From an uncultured Chloroflexia bacterium (lineage in GTDB: Bacteria > Chloroflexota > Limnocylindria > Limnocylindrales > CSP1-4), in contig CAVTHS010000002.1 of NCBI GenBank assembly GCA_963734535.1, positions 64,001 through 128,000 of the forward strand: a stretch of DNA of 64,000 nt, given 5' to 3'. Positions 31,981 through 42,499 of this stretch are shown here, piece by piece. Position numbers and translations under genes: made by a program. The notes below the pieces were generated by a model. That model saw only the letters and a list, made by a program, of their open reading frames with translations, was not told where the DNA came from and did no database searches. Positions within the stretch are counted from its first letter, which is position 1; each line of letters starts with the position of its first letter.

Positions 31981-34206
31981 GTGGACCCCAGCTCGCTTCA
32001 GCTCATCATCCTGCCGGCCGGGCTCATCGCCGTGGCCTTCGCGCTCTTCCTTGCCCGGGACGTGCTGCGGCGCGACACCGGGACGAAGGAGATGGAGGCG
32101 GTCGCGGCGACCATCTTCGAGGGCGCGGTCGCGTTCATCCGGCGCCAGTACTCGACCATCGGGATCCTCGCCATCGTTGGCGCGGTCGGGATCGCCATCC
32201 TGATCTCCGTCTTCGAGACCGCCAACGTCGCCGACACCAGCGTCTTCGGGCCCGAGCTCGGGATCCGGACCGGGATCGCGTTCCTGGTGGGCGCGGCCTG
32301 CTCCATGGCCTCCGGGATCATCGGCATGTTCATCAGCGTCAAGGCGAACGTCCGGACCGCGGCCGCCGCCCGGCGGAGCCTCGTGGAGGCCGTCCAGGTC
32401 GCCATGCGCGGCGGTGCCGTGTCCGGCTTCCTGGTCGTCGCGCTCTCGCTCCTCGGCGTCTACCTCATGTTCGTCGCGTTCGGGGGGCTCAATGCCAACA
32501 CCGTCCGGGAGGCTCCCTTCCTGATCGTCGGCTACGGCTTCGGTGCAAGCTTCGTCGCGCTCTTCGCGCAGCTCGGCGGCGGGATCTACACGAAGGCAGC
32601 CGACGTGGGCTCCGACCTCGTCGGCAAGGTCGAGAAGGGCATCCCCGAGGACGACCCGCGGAACGCTGGCGTGATCGCCGACCTGGTCGGCGACAACGTG
32701 GGCGACTGCGCGGGCCGCGGCGCCGACCTCTTCGAGTCCACGGCAGCCGAGAACATCGGCGCCATGATCCTCGGCGTCGGCGTCTACTTCGTCGCCCAGA
32801 AGGCCGGCTGGGCGAACCCCGAGGCCTGGATCTTCTTCCCGCTCGTGGTCCGCTCCTTCGGGCTCCTCTCCACGATCATCGCCATGTTCTTCGTCCGCGG
32901 CCGCGAGGACGAGAACCCGATGAACATCCTCAACCGGGGCTACTGGGTCACCACGATCCTGTCGGTCATCTCGCTCGCCCTGGTCACGAACGTGATGATG
33001 CAGACGGGCAACCAGACGGGCGCCAACGGAATCCCGACCTGGATCTGGTTCTTCGGCGCCGGCGTCGTCGGCCTGGCGACCAGCGTCGCCTTCGTCTACA
33101 TCACCCAGTACTACACGGCGGGAACGTTCCGGCCGGTCAAGGAGATCGCCGAGGCCAGCAAGACCGGCCCGGCCACGAACATCATCATCGGCACGGCGGT
33201 CGGCTACGAGACGACGTTCGTCACCGCGATCACGATCGGGATCGCGCTCTTCGCGAGCCACTGGCTCGGCGCGGAGGCGGGCCTGACCGATGCGTCCGGT
33301 CGCAACGTTGGCGGCATCTTCGGGACCGCCGTCGCCACGATGGGCATGCTGATGACGACGGCCTACATCCTGGCCATGGACACCTTCGGCCCGATCACGG
33401 ACAACGCGGGCGGCATCGCCGAGTTCAGCGGCGCGGAAGCGCATGCCCGCGAGATCACGGACCGTCTCGACGCCGTTGGCAACACGACGAAGGCGCTCAC
33501 CAAGGGCTACGCGATCGCGTCCGCGTCGCTGGCCGCCTTCCTCCTCTTCAACGCCTACATCGACAAGGTCAATCTCATCCTCGGCCGCCAGATCGCCTCC
33601 GGCAAGGAAGGCGTCTCGCTGATGACGTCGGTGAACCTCGAGAACGTGAACGTGTTCATCGCCGCGCTCATCGCCTCGATGCTCGTCTACTTCTTCAGCT
33701 CGCTGGCCATCCGCGCCGTCGGCAAGACGGCCGGCGCGATCATCTTCGAGGTGCGGCGGCAGTTCCGCGAGATGCCCGGGATCATGACCTACGAGCAGAA
33801 GCCGGACTACGCGCGCGTCGTGGACATCACGACCCGGGCAGCGCTTCGCGAGATGGTCGCGCCGGGTCTCGTGGCGGTCGCCACGCCGATCGCGGTGGGC
33901 CTGCTCCTCGGCTACGAGGCGGTCGCCGGCATGCTCATGGTCGGCACGATCGCCGGTGTCCTCCTCGCCACGGTCCTCAACAACGGGGGCGGCGCGTGGG
34001 ACAACGCCAAGAAGTACATCGAGTCGGGCCACCTCAAGGACGACGACGGGAACGTCCTGGGCAAGGGCTCCGATGCACACGCGGCGGCCGTCGTCGGCGA
34101 CACCGTGGGCGACCCGTTCAAGGACACCGCTGGCCCCTCGCTCCACGTCCTCGTGAAGCTGCTGGCGACCATCACGCTCGTCCTCGCTCCGCTCTTCATC
34201 CGCTAG
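31981..34206 (+). CDS. hppA: Membrane-bound H+-translocating pyrophosphatase, K+-independent type
   Basis: GGGIYTKAADVGSDLVGKVE, DNVGD, GPITDNAGG, DAVGNTTKA (Lys marks K+-independence), GDTVGDPFKD; GTG start after GGAGG. Confidence 0.95.
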   Translation: MDPSSLQLIILPAGLIAVAFALFLARDVLRRDTGTKEMEAVAATIFEGAVAFIRRQYSTIGILAIVGAVGIAILISVFETANVADTSVFGPELGIRTGIAFLVGAACSMASGIIGMFISVKANVRTAAAARRSLVEAVQVAMRGGAVSGFLVVALSLLGVYLMFVAFGGLNANTVREAPFLIVGYGFGASFVALFAQLGGGIYTKAADVGSDLVGKVEKGIPEDDPRNAGVIADLVGDNVGDCAGRGADLFESTAAENIGAMILGVGVYFVAQKAGWANPEAWIFFPLVVRSFGLLSTIIAMFFVRGREDENPMNILNRGYWVTTILSVISLALVTNVMMQTGNQTGANGIPTWIWFFGAGVVGLATSVAFVYITQYYTAGTFRPVKEIAEASKTGPATNIIIGTAVGYETTFVTAITIGIALFASHWLGAEAGLTDASGRNVGGIFGTAVATMGMLMTTAYILAMDTFGPITDNAGGIAEFSGAEAHAREITDRLDAVGNTTKALTKGYAIASASLAAFLLFNAYIDKVNLILGRQIASGKEGVSLMTSVNLENVNVFIAALIASMLVYFFSSLAIRAVGKTAGAIIFEVRRQFREMPGIMTYEQKPDYARVVDITTRAALREMVAPGLVAVATPIAVGLLLGYEAVAGMLMVGTIAGVLLATVLNNGGGAWDNAKKYIESGHLKDDDGNVLGKGSDAHAAAVVGDTVGDPFKDTAGPSLHVLVKLLATITLVLAPLFIR

Positions 34207-34260
34207 CTCGGAGGCTCGGGCGGGCCGCGCCCATCGAGGGCGGGCCCGCCTCCACGTTCC

Positions 34261-35088
34261 ATGGATACCGCCGTCCAGGCGCTCGTGATGGGCATCGTCC
34301 AGGGGCTCACCGAGTTCCTGCCGATCTCCTCGTCCGGGCACCTCATCCTGGTCCCATACCTGCTCGGCTGGAAGGACCCGTTCGTCGACTCGCTGGCGTT
34401 CTCGGTGATGCTCCACATGGGGACGCTCGCGGCGCTGCTCGCCTACTTCTGGCGCGACTGGACCCGCCTGGTGCCCGCGGGGCTGGCAGCGCTCCGTGAT
34501 CGCTCGTTCCGCGGCGACCCCGACCGCCGCCTCGCATGGCTCCTGGTCGCCACGCTCCCGCCGGCAGTCGTGCTGGGCGTGCTTCTCAACGACCTCTTCG
34601 AGGAGAAGGTGCGCCAGCCCATCCTTGTGGCCGCGATGCTCGTCGTCGGCGGCGCGATCCTCTGGCTGGCCGACCGGCTCGGCCGCCGGTCCGAGCCGAT
34701 CGAGCGGCTCGGCTTCGGCGGCGCGATCGGGATCGGCTTCGCACAGGCCCTTGCCCTCGTGCCGGGGATCAGCCGGTCCGGGATCAGCATCAGCGCTGGG
34801 CTTGCCTTTGGGCTCAGCCGCGAGGCGGCAACGCGCTTCAGCTTCCTGATGGCGATCCCGGTCATCGCCGGCGCGGGGCTCTTCGAGCTCAAGAAGCTCG
34901 TTGGCGGCCAGGTCGTGGGCGATGTCAACGGGGGGGCGATCCTCGTCGGCTTCGTGGCGGCCCTGGTCTCGGGGCTGGCGGCCATCCACCTGCTCCTCCG
35001 GTTCGTGCAGAACCACCCGATGACCGTCTTCGTCGCGTATCGGCTTCTGCTCGCGGCGGTCGTGGTGATCGTCGTCCTCGCGGCCTGA
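34261..35088 (+). CDS. uppP: Undecaprenyl-diphosphate phosphatase
   Basis: VQGLTEFLPISSSGH, ALVPGISRSG, FSFLMAIP. Confidence 0.96.
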   Translation: MDTAVQALVMGIVQGLTEFLPISSSGHLILVPYLLGWKDPFVDSLAFSVMLHMGTLAALLAYFWRDWTRLVPAGLAALRDRSFRGDPDRRLAWLLVATLPPAVVLGVLLNDLFEEKVRQPILVAAMLVVGGAILWLADRLGRRSEPIERLGFGGAIGIGFAQALALVPGISRSGISISAGLAFGLSREAATRFSFLMAIPVIAGAGLFELKKLVGGQVVGDVNGGAILVGFVAALVSGLAAIHLLLRFVQNHPMTVFVAYRLLLAAVVVIVVLAA

Positions 35089-35107
35089 CGCGGCCCGGCG
35101 TCGCGGC

Positions 35108-35575
35108 ATGGAGGTCATGAAGCAGCTTCGCCAGCGCGCCATCCGCGATCTCGTGGAGCGGCGGTCGATCCGGACGCAGCAGGAGCTGGCGACCGCGCTC
35201 CGCGAGCGCGGATTCCGGGCCACGCAGGCCACGATCAGCCGTGACGTCGCGGAGCTGCAGCTCGTGAAGGTGGGCCGCGAGGGTGTCGCGGTCTATGCCA
35301 TGCCCGCCCGCTTCGCGGACGCCGATCCGAGCGGCGAGGAGCGCCTCAGGCGCCTCTTCCACGACGCCCCCGTGGAGTTCCGCGAGGCGGGCCACCTGCT
35401 CGTGCTCATCACGCTTCCCGGGTCCGCCCACGCGATCGCGGCGGCCCTCGACCGGGCGCGTTGGCCGGAGGCGGTTGGCACGATCGCCGGCGACGACACG
35501 CTCTTCATCGCATGCGCGGATCGGCGCACCCTCGCGCGGCTCCGAAGCCGGCTCGAGCGCCTGGCTACGGGATAG
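35108..35575 (+). CDS. argR: Arginine repressor
   Basis: TQQEL, TQATISRD, GTIAGDDT. Confidence 0.95.
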   Translation: MEVMKQLRQRAIRDLVERRSIRTQQELATALRERGFRATQATISRDVAELQLVKVGREGVAVYAMPARFADADPSGEERLRRLFHDAPVEFREAGHLLVLITLPGSAHAIAAALDRARWPEAVGTIAGDDTLFIACADRRTLARLRSRLERLATG

Positions 35576-35628
35576 TCCGCGCAGCGTCCACGCGCGACAG
35601 GCCCTGCGCGATACGCATCGATTCTCTT

Positions 35629-35657
35629 TTGACACCCCGCATGGCCCGGGCTATCAT
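35629..35657 (+). promoter_or_regulatory. Sigma70 promoter for greA-lysS-serS
   Basis: TTGACA-N17-TATCAT. Confidence 0.8.
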
Positions 35658-35780
35658 CCGCACCCGACCGGACTTCGGGCGCGCCCACCCGCGAGGCAGC
35701 CGCCCGGGGTCCTTCCGTATGTGCCACATCACCCGCCGGGCACGGCGCACCTGCCCGGTCGCCAGAGGTTCGATTCCTCC

Positions 35781-36245
35781 GTGAACACGAAGCCAACCTA
35801 CCTGTCGCGCGAGGGCGAGACTGGCCTCCGCCAGGAGCTCGACAACCTCGTCAACGTCCGTCGCTCGGAGGTCGCTGCCCGCATCCACGACGCGAAGCAG
35901 CACGGCGACCTCTCCGAGAACGCCGAGTACGAAGAGGCGAAGAACGAGCAGGCCTTCGTCGAGGGTCGAATCCAGACCCTCGAGGGCATGTTGAAGACCG
36001 CCGTGATCATCGAGAACTCGGGCTCCGACCACGCGGGGCTGGGCTCGACCGTGACCGTCGAGAGCGTCGACGGGGCGGAGACCTTCTCGATCGTCGGCTC
36101 TGCCGAGGCGCGTCCCGCCGACGGCAAGATCTCGAACGAGTCGCCCGTCGGGCGCGCCCTCCTCGGTCGCAAGGCCGGTGAGAAGATCACGGTGCGTCTG
36201 CCGAACGGGACCGACTTCGTCTACACGATCAAGAAGATCAGCTGA
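35781..36245 (+). CDS. greA: Transcription elongation factor GreA
   Basis: HGDLSENAEYEEAK, ISNESPVGRALLG. Confidence 0.96.
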   Translation: MNTKPTYLSREGETGLRQELDNLVNVRRSEVAARIHDAKQHGDLSENAEYEEAKNEQAFVEGRIQTLEGMLKTAVIIENSGSDHAGLGSTVTVESVDGAETFSIVGSAEARPADGKISNESPVGRALLGRKAGEKITVRLPNGTDFVYTIKKIS

Positions 36246-36322
36246 GCGCCCGCCCCGCGACGTCGGGACGCGCGGCCGGTGCGGCCCCCGCCCCGGCGAT
36301 CGAAAGGGCAGGGACGCACGCG

Positions 36323-38017
36323 ATGTACTGGGCCGACGAGCTGGCTTCCGCGGTCGAGGGGCCGCAGGTCGTCAATGACTCCAAGACCCCGTCGGGGACG
36401 GTCCACGTCGGGAGTCTCCGCGGCCCGGTCATCCTCGACGTCATCAGCCGGGCGCTTCGCGACCGCGGCGTGCCCACGACGCTTCTCTACGGCGTCGACG
36501 ACATGGACCCGATGGATGCCCAGGCGCTTCTGACGCCCGATGCCGTCGCGCGCGAGATGGGCCGCCCGCTTTCCCAGGTGCCGGACCAGGTGGGCGACTG
36601 CCACGCCTCCTACGCCCGCCACCACGCCGGGATCTTCATCGACATCTTCGCGGGCCTCGGCATCCGCCCGGACCGCTACTACTGGATGAGCGAGATCTAC
36701 CCGACGGGCCAGATGGACCCGTTCATCCGGACAGCCCTGGATCGCGCCGACGTGGTCCGGGACCTGTACCGCCGGGTGTCGAAGGTGGAGCGGCCGGCCG
36801 GTTGGCTGCCGATCAGCATCGTGTGTCCCGCCTGCGGACGGGTCGGGACGACCCTCGCCCGCGACTGGGATGGCGCGACGGTCGCTTTCGAATGCCTGCC
36901 GGACTACGTGACGTGGGCCGCCGGGTGCGGCACCGCCGGGCGGACCACCCCGTTCGGGGGTGCCGCCAAGCTGCCGTGGAACCTCGAGTGGGCGGCCCAG
37001 TGGTCGCTCCTGGGCGTCACCATCGAGCCGTGCGGCAAGGACCTTGCCACCGCGGGCGGCTCGCGCGATCGGTCGGACGCGCTGGCCCGCGAAGTCTTCG
37101 ACCGCGAGCCGCCTCGCAACCTGGCCTACGAGTTCCTGAACATCGGCGGGCGAAAGATGTCCACCAGCAAGGGGCGCGGCGCCGCCGCCCACGAGATCGT
37201 CGAGGTCGTGCCGCCCGAGCAGCTCCGGCTGCTCTTCCTCCGGCCCCGCCCGAACCAGGCGATCGAGTTCGATCCCGACGGCACGGACGCGATTCCGCGG
37301 GTCTTCGACGAGTTCGACCGCCTCGCGGGAGCCGCATCCGGTGCGGAGGTCAAGGGCGAGCTTCCGGCCGACGCGGACCGGATCTTCCGCTACGCGCTGC
37401 TGGACCCCGCTGCGGACGTGGCGGCCGAGGCCGGGCGCTACCGGCCCGCGTTCTCGCACCTCGCGCTCCTGGCGCAGATCCCTGGAACCGACGTCGCGGC
37501 ACGGGTGGCGGCCGAGAAGGGGAGCGCCCTCACCGACGAGGAGCGTTCCATCCTCGGCCTGCGCCTCGCGGCCGTCCGCGCCTGGCTCGACGCCTACGCG
37601 CCGGACCGGTCCCGCATCGAGATCCAGCGGGACGGGTTGCCGGCGGAGGCCGCGGCGCTCGGCGAGGACCAGCGGGCCTGGCTCGGCGCGTTCGCGCGCG
37701 CCGCGGAGGCCGCGCCGCCGTCGTCGGGTGACGGCTGGCAGGCCCTGATCTTCGAGGTCGCGTCCGCGGCGGCGCTCCCGCCCGGCCGCGCGTTCGGCGC
37801 GCTGTACGTCGCGTTCCTGGGTCGCACGAACGGGCCGCGAGCAGGCTGGCTGCTCGCCAGCCTGGAGCCGGGCTTCGTCGTGGAGCGCCTTCGGGCCGCG
37901 GCAGGCTGGCGCCATCATCCGGACGGTGAGCCGGGCGCGTCCGTCACCAACCGGACCGGCACCTCCGGCGGGCCGCGCGAGCCCGGCGCGAACGATCCGG
38001 CGGAGGTGGCCCGATGA
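36323..38017 (+). CDS. lysS: Lysine--tRNA ligase, class I
   Basis: MYWADE, TPSGTVHVGSLR (HIGH-like), CPACG, EPCGKD, KMSTSKG, GPRAG. Confidence 0.93.
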   Translation: MYWADELASAVEGPQVVNDSKTPSGTVHVGSLRGPVILDVISRALRDRGVPTTLLYGVDDMDPMDAQALLTPDAVAREMGRPLSQVPDQVGDCHASYARHHAGIFIDIFAGLGIRPDRYYWMSEIYPTGQMDPFIRTALDRADVVRDLYRRVSKVERPAGWLPISIVCPACGRVGTTLARDWDGATVAFECLPDYVTWAAGCGTAGRTTPFGGAAKLPWNLEWAAQWSLLGVTIEPCGKDLATAGGSRDRSDALAREVFDREPPRNLAYEFLNIGGRKMSTSKGRGAAAHEIVEVVPPEQLRLLFLRPRPNQAIEFDPDGTDAIPRVFDEFDRLAGAASGAEVKGELPADADRIFRYALLDPAADVAAEAGRYRPAFSHLALLAQIPGTDVAARVAAEKGSALTDEERSILGLRLAAVRAWLDAYAPDRSRIEIQRDGLPAEAAALGEDQRAWLGAFARAAEAAPPSSGDGWQALIFEVASAAALPPGRAFGALYVAFLGRTNGPRAGWLLASLEPGFVVERLRAAAGWRHHPDGEPGASVTNRTGTSGGPREPGANDPAEVAR

Positions 38018-39354
38018 GCGTCGGACTCCAGCGGCTACGGGAGGAACCGGAGGTCATTCGCAAGGGCGCGCTCGACAAGGGGGAGGACGCAACGCTCGTG
38101 GACGCGGCGCTCGCGTTCGACGCGCGGCGGCGGGCGCTCCTCGGCGAGGCCGATGCGCGCAAGGCCGAGCGCAACACGGTCTCGAGGCAGATCGGCGAGG
38201 CGATCAAGGGTGGCGCTGCGGCGGGCGGGCCGGAGGTCGCGGCGCTGCGCGCAGCGTCGGTGGCGGCCGGCGAGCGGATCTCCGCGCTGGACGTGGAGAT
38301 CGGCCGCGTGGAGGCGGAGCTGGAGGACGCGCTCCTCCGGATCCCGAACCCGGCGGACCCGGACGTGCCGGTCGGCGACGCCGACTCGAACGTCACGGTC
38401 CGGACCTGGGGCGAGCTGCTGCCGCGCGTCCAGCCGGTGGCGGGCGAGCTCGGCGCGGACGCCTCGACGGCCGCCTGGGAGCGCAGGCCGCACTGGGATG
38501 TCGCCGAGCGGCTCCGCATCTTCGAGCTGGAGCGCGGCGCCAAGATCACGGGGTCGGGGTTCCCCGTCTATCGCGGGGCGGGGGCCGGCCTCCAGCGCGC
38601 CCTGATCGACTTCTTCCTGACGGTCCACGTCAGGGAGAACGGGTTCACCGAGATCTGGCCACCGGCCGTCGTCAACGCGGCGTCCGCCCGGGGCACGGGT
38701 CAGATCCCGGACAAGGAAGACCAGATGTACGTGGTGACCCGCGACGAGCTGTACCTGGTGCCCACGGCCGAGGTCCCGGTCACGAACCTCCACCGCGACG
38801 AGATCTTCGAGGCGGACGAGCTGCCCGTTCGGTATGCCGCCTATTCGCCCTGCTTCCGGCGGGAGGCCGGCGCCGCCGGCAAGGACACACGCGGGATCCT
38901 GCGCGTCCACCAGTTCGACAAGGTGGAGATGGTGCTCTTCGAGAAGCCCGACGCCTCCGCCGAGGCGCTCGAGTGGATGGTGGGCCGGGCCGAGGACCTC
39001 CTGCGCCGGCTCGGCCTGGCGTATCGCGTGCTCCTCATGGCGACCCGCGACATGGGCTTCGTGCAGGCGAAGAAGTACGACCTCGAGGTCTGGGCGCCAG
39101 GCGTGGAGCGCTGGCTCGAGGTGTCCTCCTGCTCCAACTTCCGCGACTACCAGGCCCGCCGGATGGCGATCCGCCACCGATCGGCGCCGGGTGCGCGCCC
39201 GGAGCTCGTCCACACGCTCAACGGGTCGGGCCTCGCGCTCGCGCGGGTCGTTGCCGCGATCCTCGAGACGTACCAGGAACCCGACGGCAGCGTGCGCGTC
39301 CCCGGTCCGCTGCAGGCGTCGCTCGGGACGGACGTCCTGCGCCCACCTGCCTGA
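38014..39354 (+). CDS. serS: Serine--tRNA ligase
   Basis: LVPTAEVP, CFRREAGAAG, RVHQFDKVE, EVSSCSN, HTLNGSGLA. Confidence 0.97.
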   Translation: MSVGLQRLREEPEVIRKGALDKGEDATLVDAALAFDARRRALLGEADARKAERNTVSRQIGEAIKGGAAAGGPEVAALRAASVAAGERISALDVEIGRVEAELEDALLRIPNPADPDVPVGDADSNVTVRTWGELLPRVQPVAGELGADASTAAWERRPHWDVAERLRIFELERGAKITGSGFPVYRGAGAGLQRALIDFFLTVHVRENGFTEIWPPAVVNAASARGTGQIPDKEDQMYVVTRDELYLVPTAEVPVTNLHRDEIFEADELPVRYAAYSPCFRREAGAAGKDTRGILRVHQFDKVEMVLFEKPDASAEALEWMVGRAEDLLRRLGLAYRVLLMATRDMGFVQAKKYDLEVWAPGVERWLEVSSCSNFRDYQARRMAIRHRSAPGARPELVHTLNGSGLALARVVAAILETYQEPDGSVRVPGPLQASLGTDVLRPPA

Positions 39355-39435
39355 CGGCCCTTTCCGGCGGTCCGGTCCGCGCCCCGATCATCGCGGTGTC
39401 TGCGTCCCGGCCGACCGCTCCAGGAGACTCCGCAC

Positions 39436-39969
39436 GTGGCCATTCCCACTGGCTGGCACCAACCCATCGGTGTCGCCGGGCCCGCCCCGGGCGTTGCGTT
39501 CGCCAGCCACGGCGCCCGCCTCGGCGCCTACATCCTCGACGCGATCATCCTGTGCGCGGTCGTCACTGCGATCGTCGTCGTGTCCACGCTCCCGATCGTC
39601 GGCACCATTCTCGGCCGCGTCGGCGATCAGCCGAACTACTGGTCGGACTCGGGCACCTGGGCGCAGCTCGGCGCCGGGATCGGGCTCGTCATCGTCGGCG
39701 GGATCGTGGCCTCCCTCGTCGGGCTGGTCTACTTCCCCTGGTTCTGGGCGCGCGGAGGCCAGACACCCGGCATGCGAGCCGCGGGGATCCGCGTCGTGCG
39801 CGACCGCGACGGCGGCCCGATCGGCGGCGGGGCCGCGATCCTGCGCCTCGTCGGCTTCTGGATCTCCGGCGCCGTCTTCTACCTCGGGTATGCCTGGGTT
39901 CTCATCGACGAGCGTCGCCGCGGCTGGCACGACCTGCTCGCCGGGACCTGCGTGATCAGCACGCGCTGA
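39436..39969 (+). CDS. RDD family membrane protein
   Basis: RLGAYILD, GQTPGM, RRRGWHDLLAGT. Confidence 0.9.
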   Translation: MAIPTGWHQPIGVAGPAPGVAFASHGARLGAYILDAIILCAVVTAIVVVSTLPIVGTILGRVGDQPNYWSDSGTWAQLGAGIGLVIVGGIVASLVGLVYFPWFWARGGQTPGMRAAGIRVVRDRDGGPIGGGAAILRLVGFWISGAVFYLGYAWVLIDERRRGWHDLLAGTCVISTR

Positions 39970-40170
39970 GTCCTTGGCGCGGCCGGCGAGGCACGGCCGG
40001 CGGGGGGTCCGGGCGCTCAGCGGGGCGCAGCCGCCCGCCCGGACCTTCGTCCCCGGTGCCCCGGACCAGCGGGCCGTTGAGCGGAGCGGGCGCGGCGCCC
40101 ATGCTCGGTTCATCACCGCCCGCCGGCCCCCTTCGGTCGGCACCTCCGCCCTTCGTCACACCAGGTATCC

Positions 40171-42102
40171 ATGCACGATCGACCCCGCCGCGTCGCGGCG
40201 GCAGGACTGGCCGGCCTGCTCCTGGCCGCGGCCCTCGCCGTGCCCGCCGCCGCCGCCACCCCACATCCCGTTCCGGCGCAGAAGGTCAGCACCCCGCCCA
40301 AGGTGCGCGTCCTGAAGGCGGAGCCGCGCCGGGTCGCGGACTACCACCCGAACCGGCCGATCACCCACGACACAGACCTGCTGTCCGACTCCGGCTACGC
40401 GGCGTGGATGATCGACGAGCTCCTGTCGACGACGACACCGCTGCCGCCGCTGGGGGCCGCGTTCACCCGGGCCGAACGCGACACCGGCATCAACGCGCGC
40501 TACCTGGTCGCGCACGCGATCCTGGAGACGGGATGGGGAACCTCGTGGATCGCGCAGGCGAAGCACAACCTCTTCGGCTACGGTGCGTACGATCGTGACC
40601 CGGCGAAATACGCCATCCGCTTCCCGACGTTCGCAGCCGGGATTGCCGCGGTCTCGGAGCAGATCCGAACGACCTACCTGTCGTCCGACGGGCGCTGGTG
40701 GCGTGGCTTTCCGACGCTCCGCGGCGTGAACCGCTTCTACGCGTCCGACCCGTTCTGGGCGGAGAAGGTCGTCGTCCTCGCGAACGCGATCGACAACCTG
40801 ATCGTGACCCTCCGTGAGCGGGGCCTCCAGTTCGGAAATCCGCACGTTGTCACGCCCGCCGCGGGCGCCCCCGTCCCGGTCGGCTCGTCGATGGTCGTCG
40901 CAGTCCCGTGGACGGCGCGAACCCTCGGGCTGCCGTCGGCGCTCCGCTTCGCGGTCCGATGGACGCCTTTGGCCCTCGCCGAGGGCGCATCCACCGCCCC
41001 GATGGGGCCGGCGTCACCTGCCTGGTCGCTGGTCGCGAAGACCACCCGGGTCGGGCAGACCGTCAACCTGTCGGTTGCCGCGCCCGCCCTGCCCGGCTCG
41101 TGGCGGCTGGAGATCGAGGCGCGCGATTCGGATGGGCTGCCGCTCCCGGCCTCGGATGCCCGGCCCATCCGAACGCTCGCGGTGCGGGCCGTCGCGGCGA
41201 CCGAGGCGGCGATCTCGGTCGGCCTCGACCCGACGCCCGTGATCGCGGCGGCGGGCCGAGCCACCACGGTTGCCTTCACGACACCTGCGGCATTCGCGGC
41301 CCCCGCCGTCACCGAGCGGGACACGGGCGGGCTCCAGGGAACCATTCGCAACGTGGGGCAGACGGTCATCCCGGCCACAGCCGCGGACGGCACGCCGACC
41401 CTCGTCGAGTCGTGGAGCCTTCCGCTGGCTGCCGACGGCGTGGCGGCACGACTGACCGCGGTGCCACTGGCCGTGGACCTGCCGCCCGCGGGCGAGGCCA
41501 CGTTCCGGTTCCCGGCCCCGGTCGGGACGGCAGTCGTGGTCCTCCGACTCTCCGGCGACCCGGCCGCGATCGGGCGCAGCGTGCCCGCCATCAGCCTCTT
41601 CGACGCGTCGGGGCTCCAGGGGCCGACCGTCACGCCGCTCGTCGTCCCCGACCTTCGCGACGAGGCGTTCGCCAGTCCAGCTCCCTCGCCGGCACCCTCA
41701 CGTGGCGCGAGCGCGCCCGACCTGCTCGCGCCGGCCCCGGGCACGGTCTCGATCGAGCAGGCCGACGCTGCCGGCGACATCGAGATCGGCCTCACGCCGT
41801 GGACCGCACGGACCGTGCCCGACGTGTTCGACGAGGCTCCGTCGGCGTCCCCGTGGATCCTCGTGCGGACGCTGTCGACGCCACCGACGGACGCGGCCGA
41901 TCCGACGTCCGACTTCGTGCCGTGGCCCGGCACCGGCGCGGGCGATCCGAGCGGGACGCTCAACGTCTCCGGCGTGCCCTCCGGGATCCGCCTGGTGGTC
42001 GTCGCGCTGGTCCGCGAGGGGAGCCTGGTCGCCGATCCGGGGACGCTCCGGCTTGCGTGGGTGCACGTCGCGTCCCTGCACGTGGACGCGACCCCGCGCT
42101 GA
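40171..42102 (+). CDS. Secreted GH73 glucosaminidase-domain protein with Ig-like C-terminal region
   Basis: Signal peptide; AHAILETGWGTS, NLFGYGAYD, YASDPFW. Confidence 0.8.
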   Translation: MHDRPRRVAAAGLAGLLLAAALAVPAAAATPHPVPAQKVSTPPKVRVLKAEPRRVADYHPNRPITHDTDLLSDSGYAAWMIDELLSTTTPLPPLGAAFTRAERDTGINARYLVAHAILETGWGTSWIAQAKHNLFGYGAYDRDPAKYAIRFPTFAAGIAAVSEQIRTTYLSSDGRWWRGFPTLRGVNRFYASDPFWAEKVVVLANAIDNLIVTLRERGLQFGNPHVVTPAAGAPVPVGSSMVVAVPWTARTLGLPSALRFAVRWTPLALAEGASTAPMGPASPAWSLVAKTTRVGQTVNLSVAAPALPGSWRLEIEARDSDGLPLPASDARPIRTLAVRAVAATEAAISVGLDPTPVIAAAGRATTVAFTTPAAFAAPAVTERDTGGLQGTIRNVGQTVIPATAADGTPTLVESWSLPLAADGVAARLTAVPLAVDLPPAGEATFRFPAPVGTAVVVLRLSGDPAAIGRSVPAISLFDASGLQGPTVTPLVVPDLRDEAFASPAPSPAPSRGASAPDLLAPAPGTVSIEQADAAGDIEIGLTPWTARTVPDVFDEAPSASPWILVRTLSTPPTDAADPTSDFVPWPGTGAGDPSGTLNVSGVPSGIRLVVVALVREGSLVADPGTLRLAWVHVASLHVDATPR

Positions 42103-42187
42103 CGCTGCCGGCGGGACGATGTCACGGCTCTTCGCAACAGGTGAAGGTCCGTGCGTCGATGGAGTTGACCCGGACCGTCATCGGGCG

Positions 42188-42499
42188 ATGATTCAAGCCA
42201 TCCGGGCAGCGAAGGGGCGATCGATGCGGAGCATGTGGGCGCGAGGGGTCCTGCTCTGGACGGTTGCGCTGCTGGCCCTCGCCATCGTGCTCGCCGTCAT
42301 CGCGGTGACGGGTCTCATGGACGCCCAGCAGAGGTGCTTCTTCGAATACCCGTCCGTCGCGTGCCCGGGCGGCCAGGACTGGCGGGTGGGGCTGCTCACG
42401 TTCGCCTTCTTCGGCGTCCCGGTCATCTGGCTCGTCGGAGCGGTCGTAGCGATCGCCATTCGGGTGCTCGCGAGGCGGAAGCGCGAGCGCAGGCCGTAG
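42188..42499 (+). CDS. Small two-TM membrane protein
   Basis: TM-loop(CFFEYPSVAC)-TM-basic tail; start may be 42223. Confidence 0.55.
   Translation: MIQAIRAAKGRSMRSMWARGVLLWTVALLALAIVLAVIAVTGLMDAQQRCFFEYPSVACPGGQDWRVGLLTFAFFGVPVIWLVGAVVAIAIRVLARRKRERRP

Noticed and set aside
35736-35780. Possible tRNA gene or fragment (GGTTCGATTCC) before greA
   Set aside because: No acceptor stem, D-arm or CCA; kept only as a leader structure.
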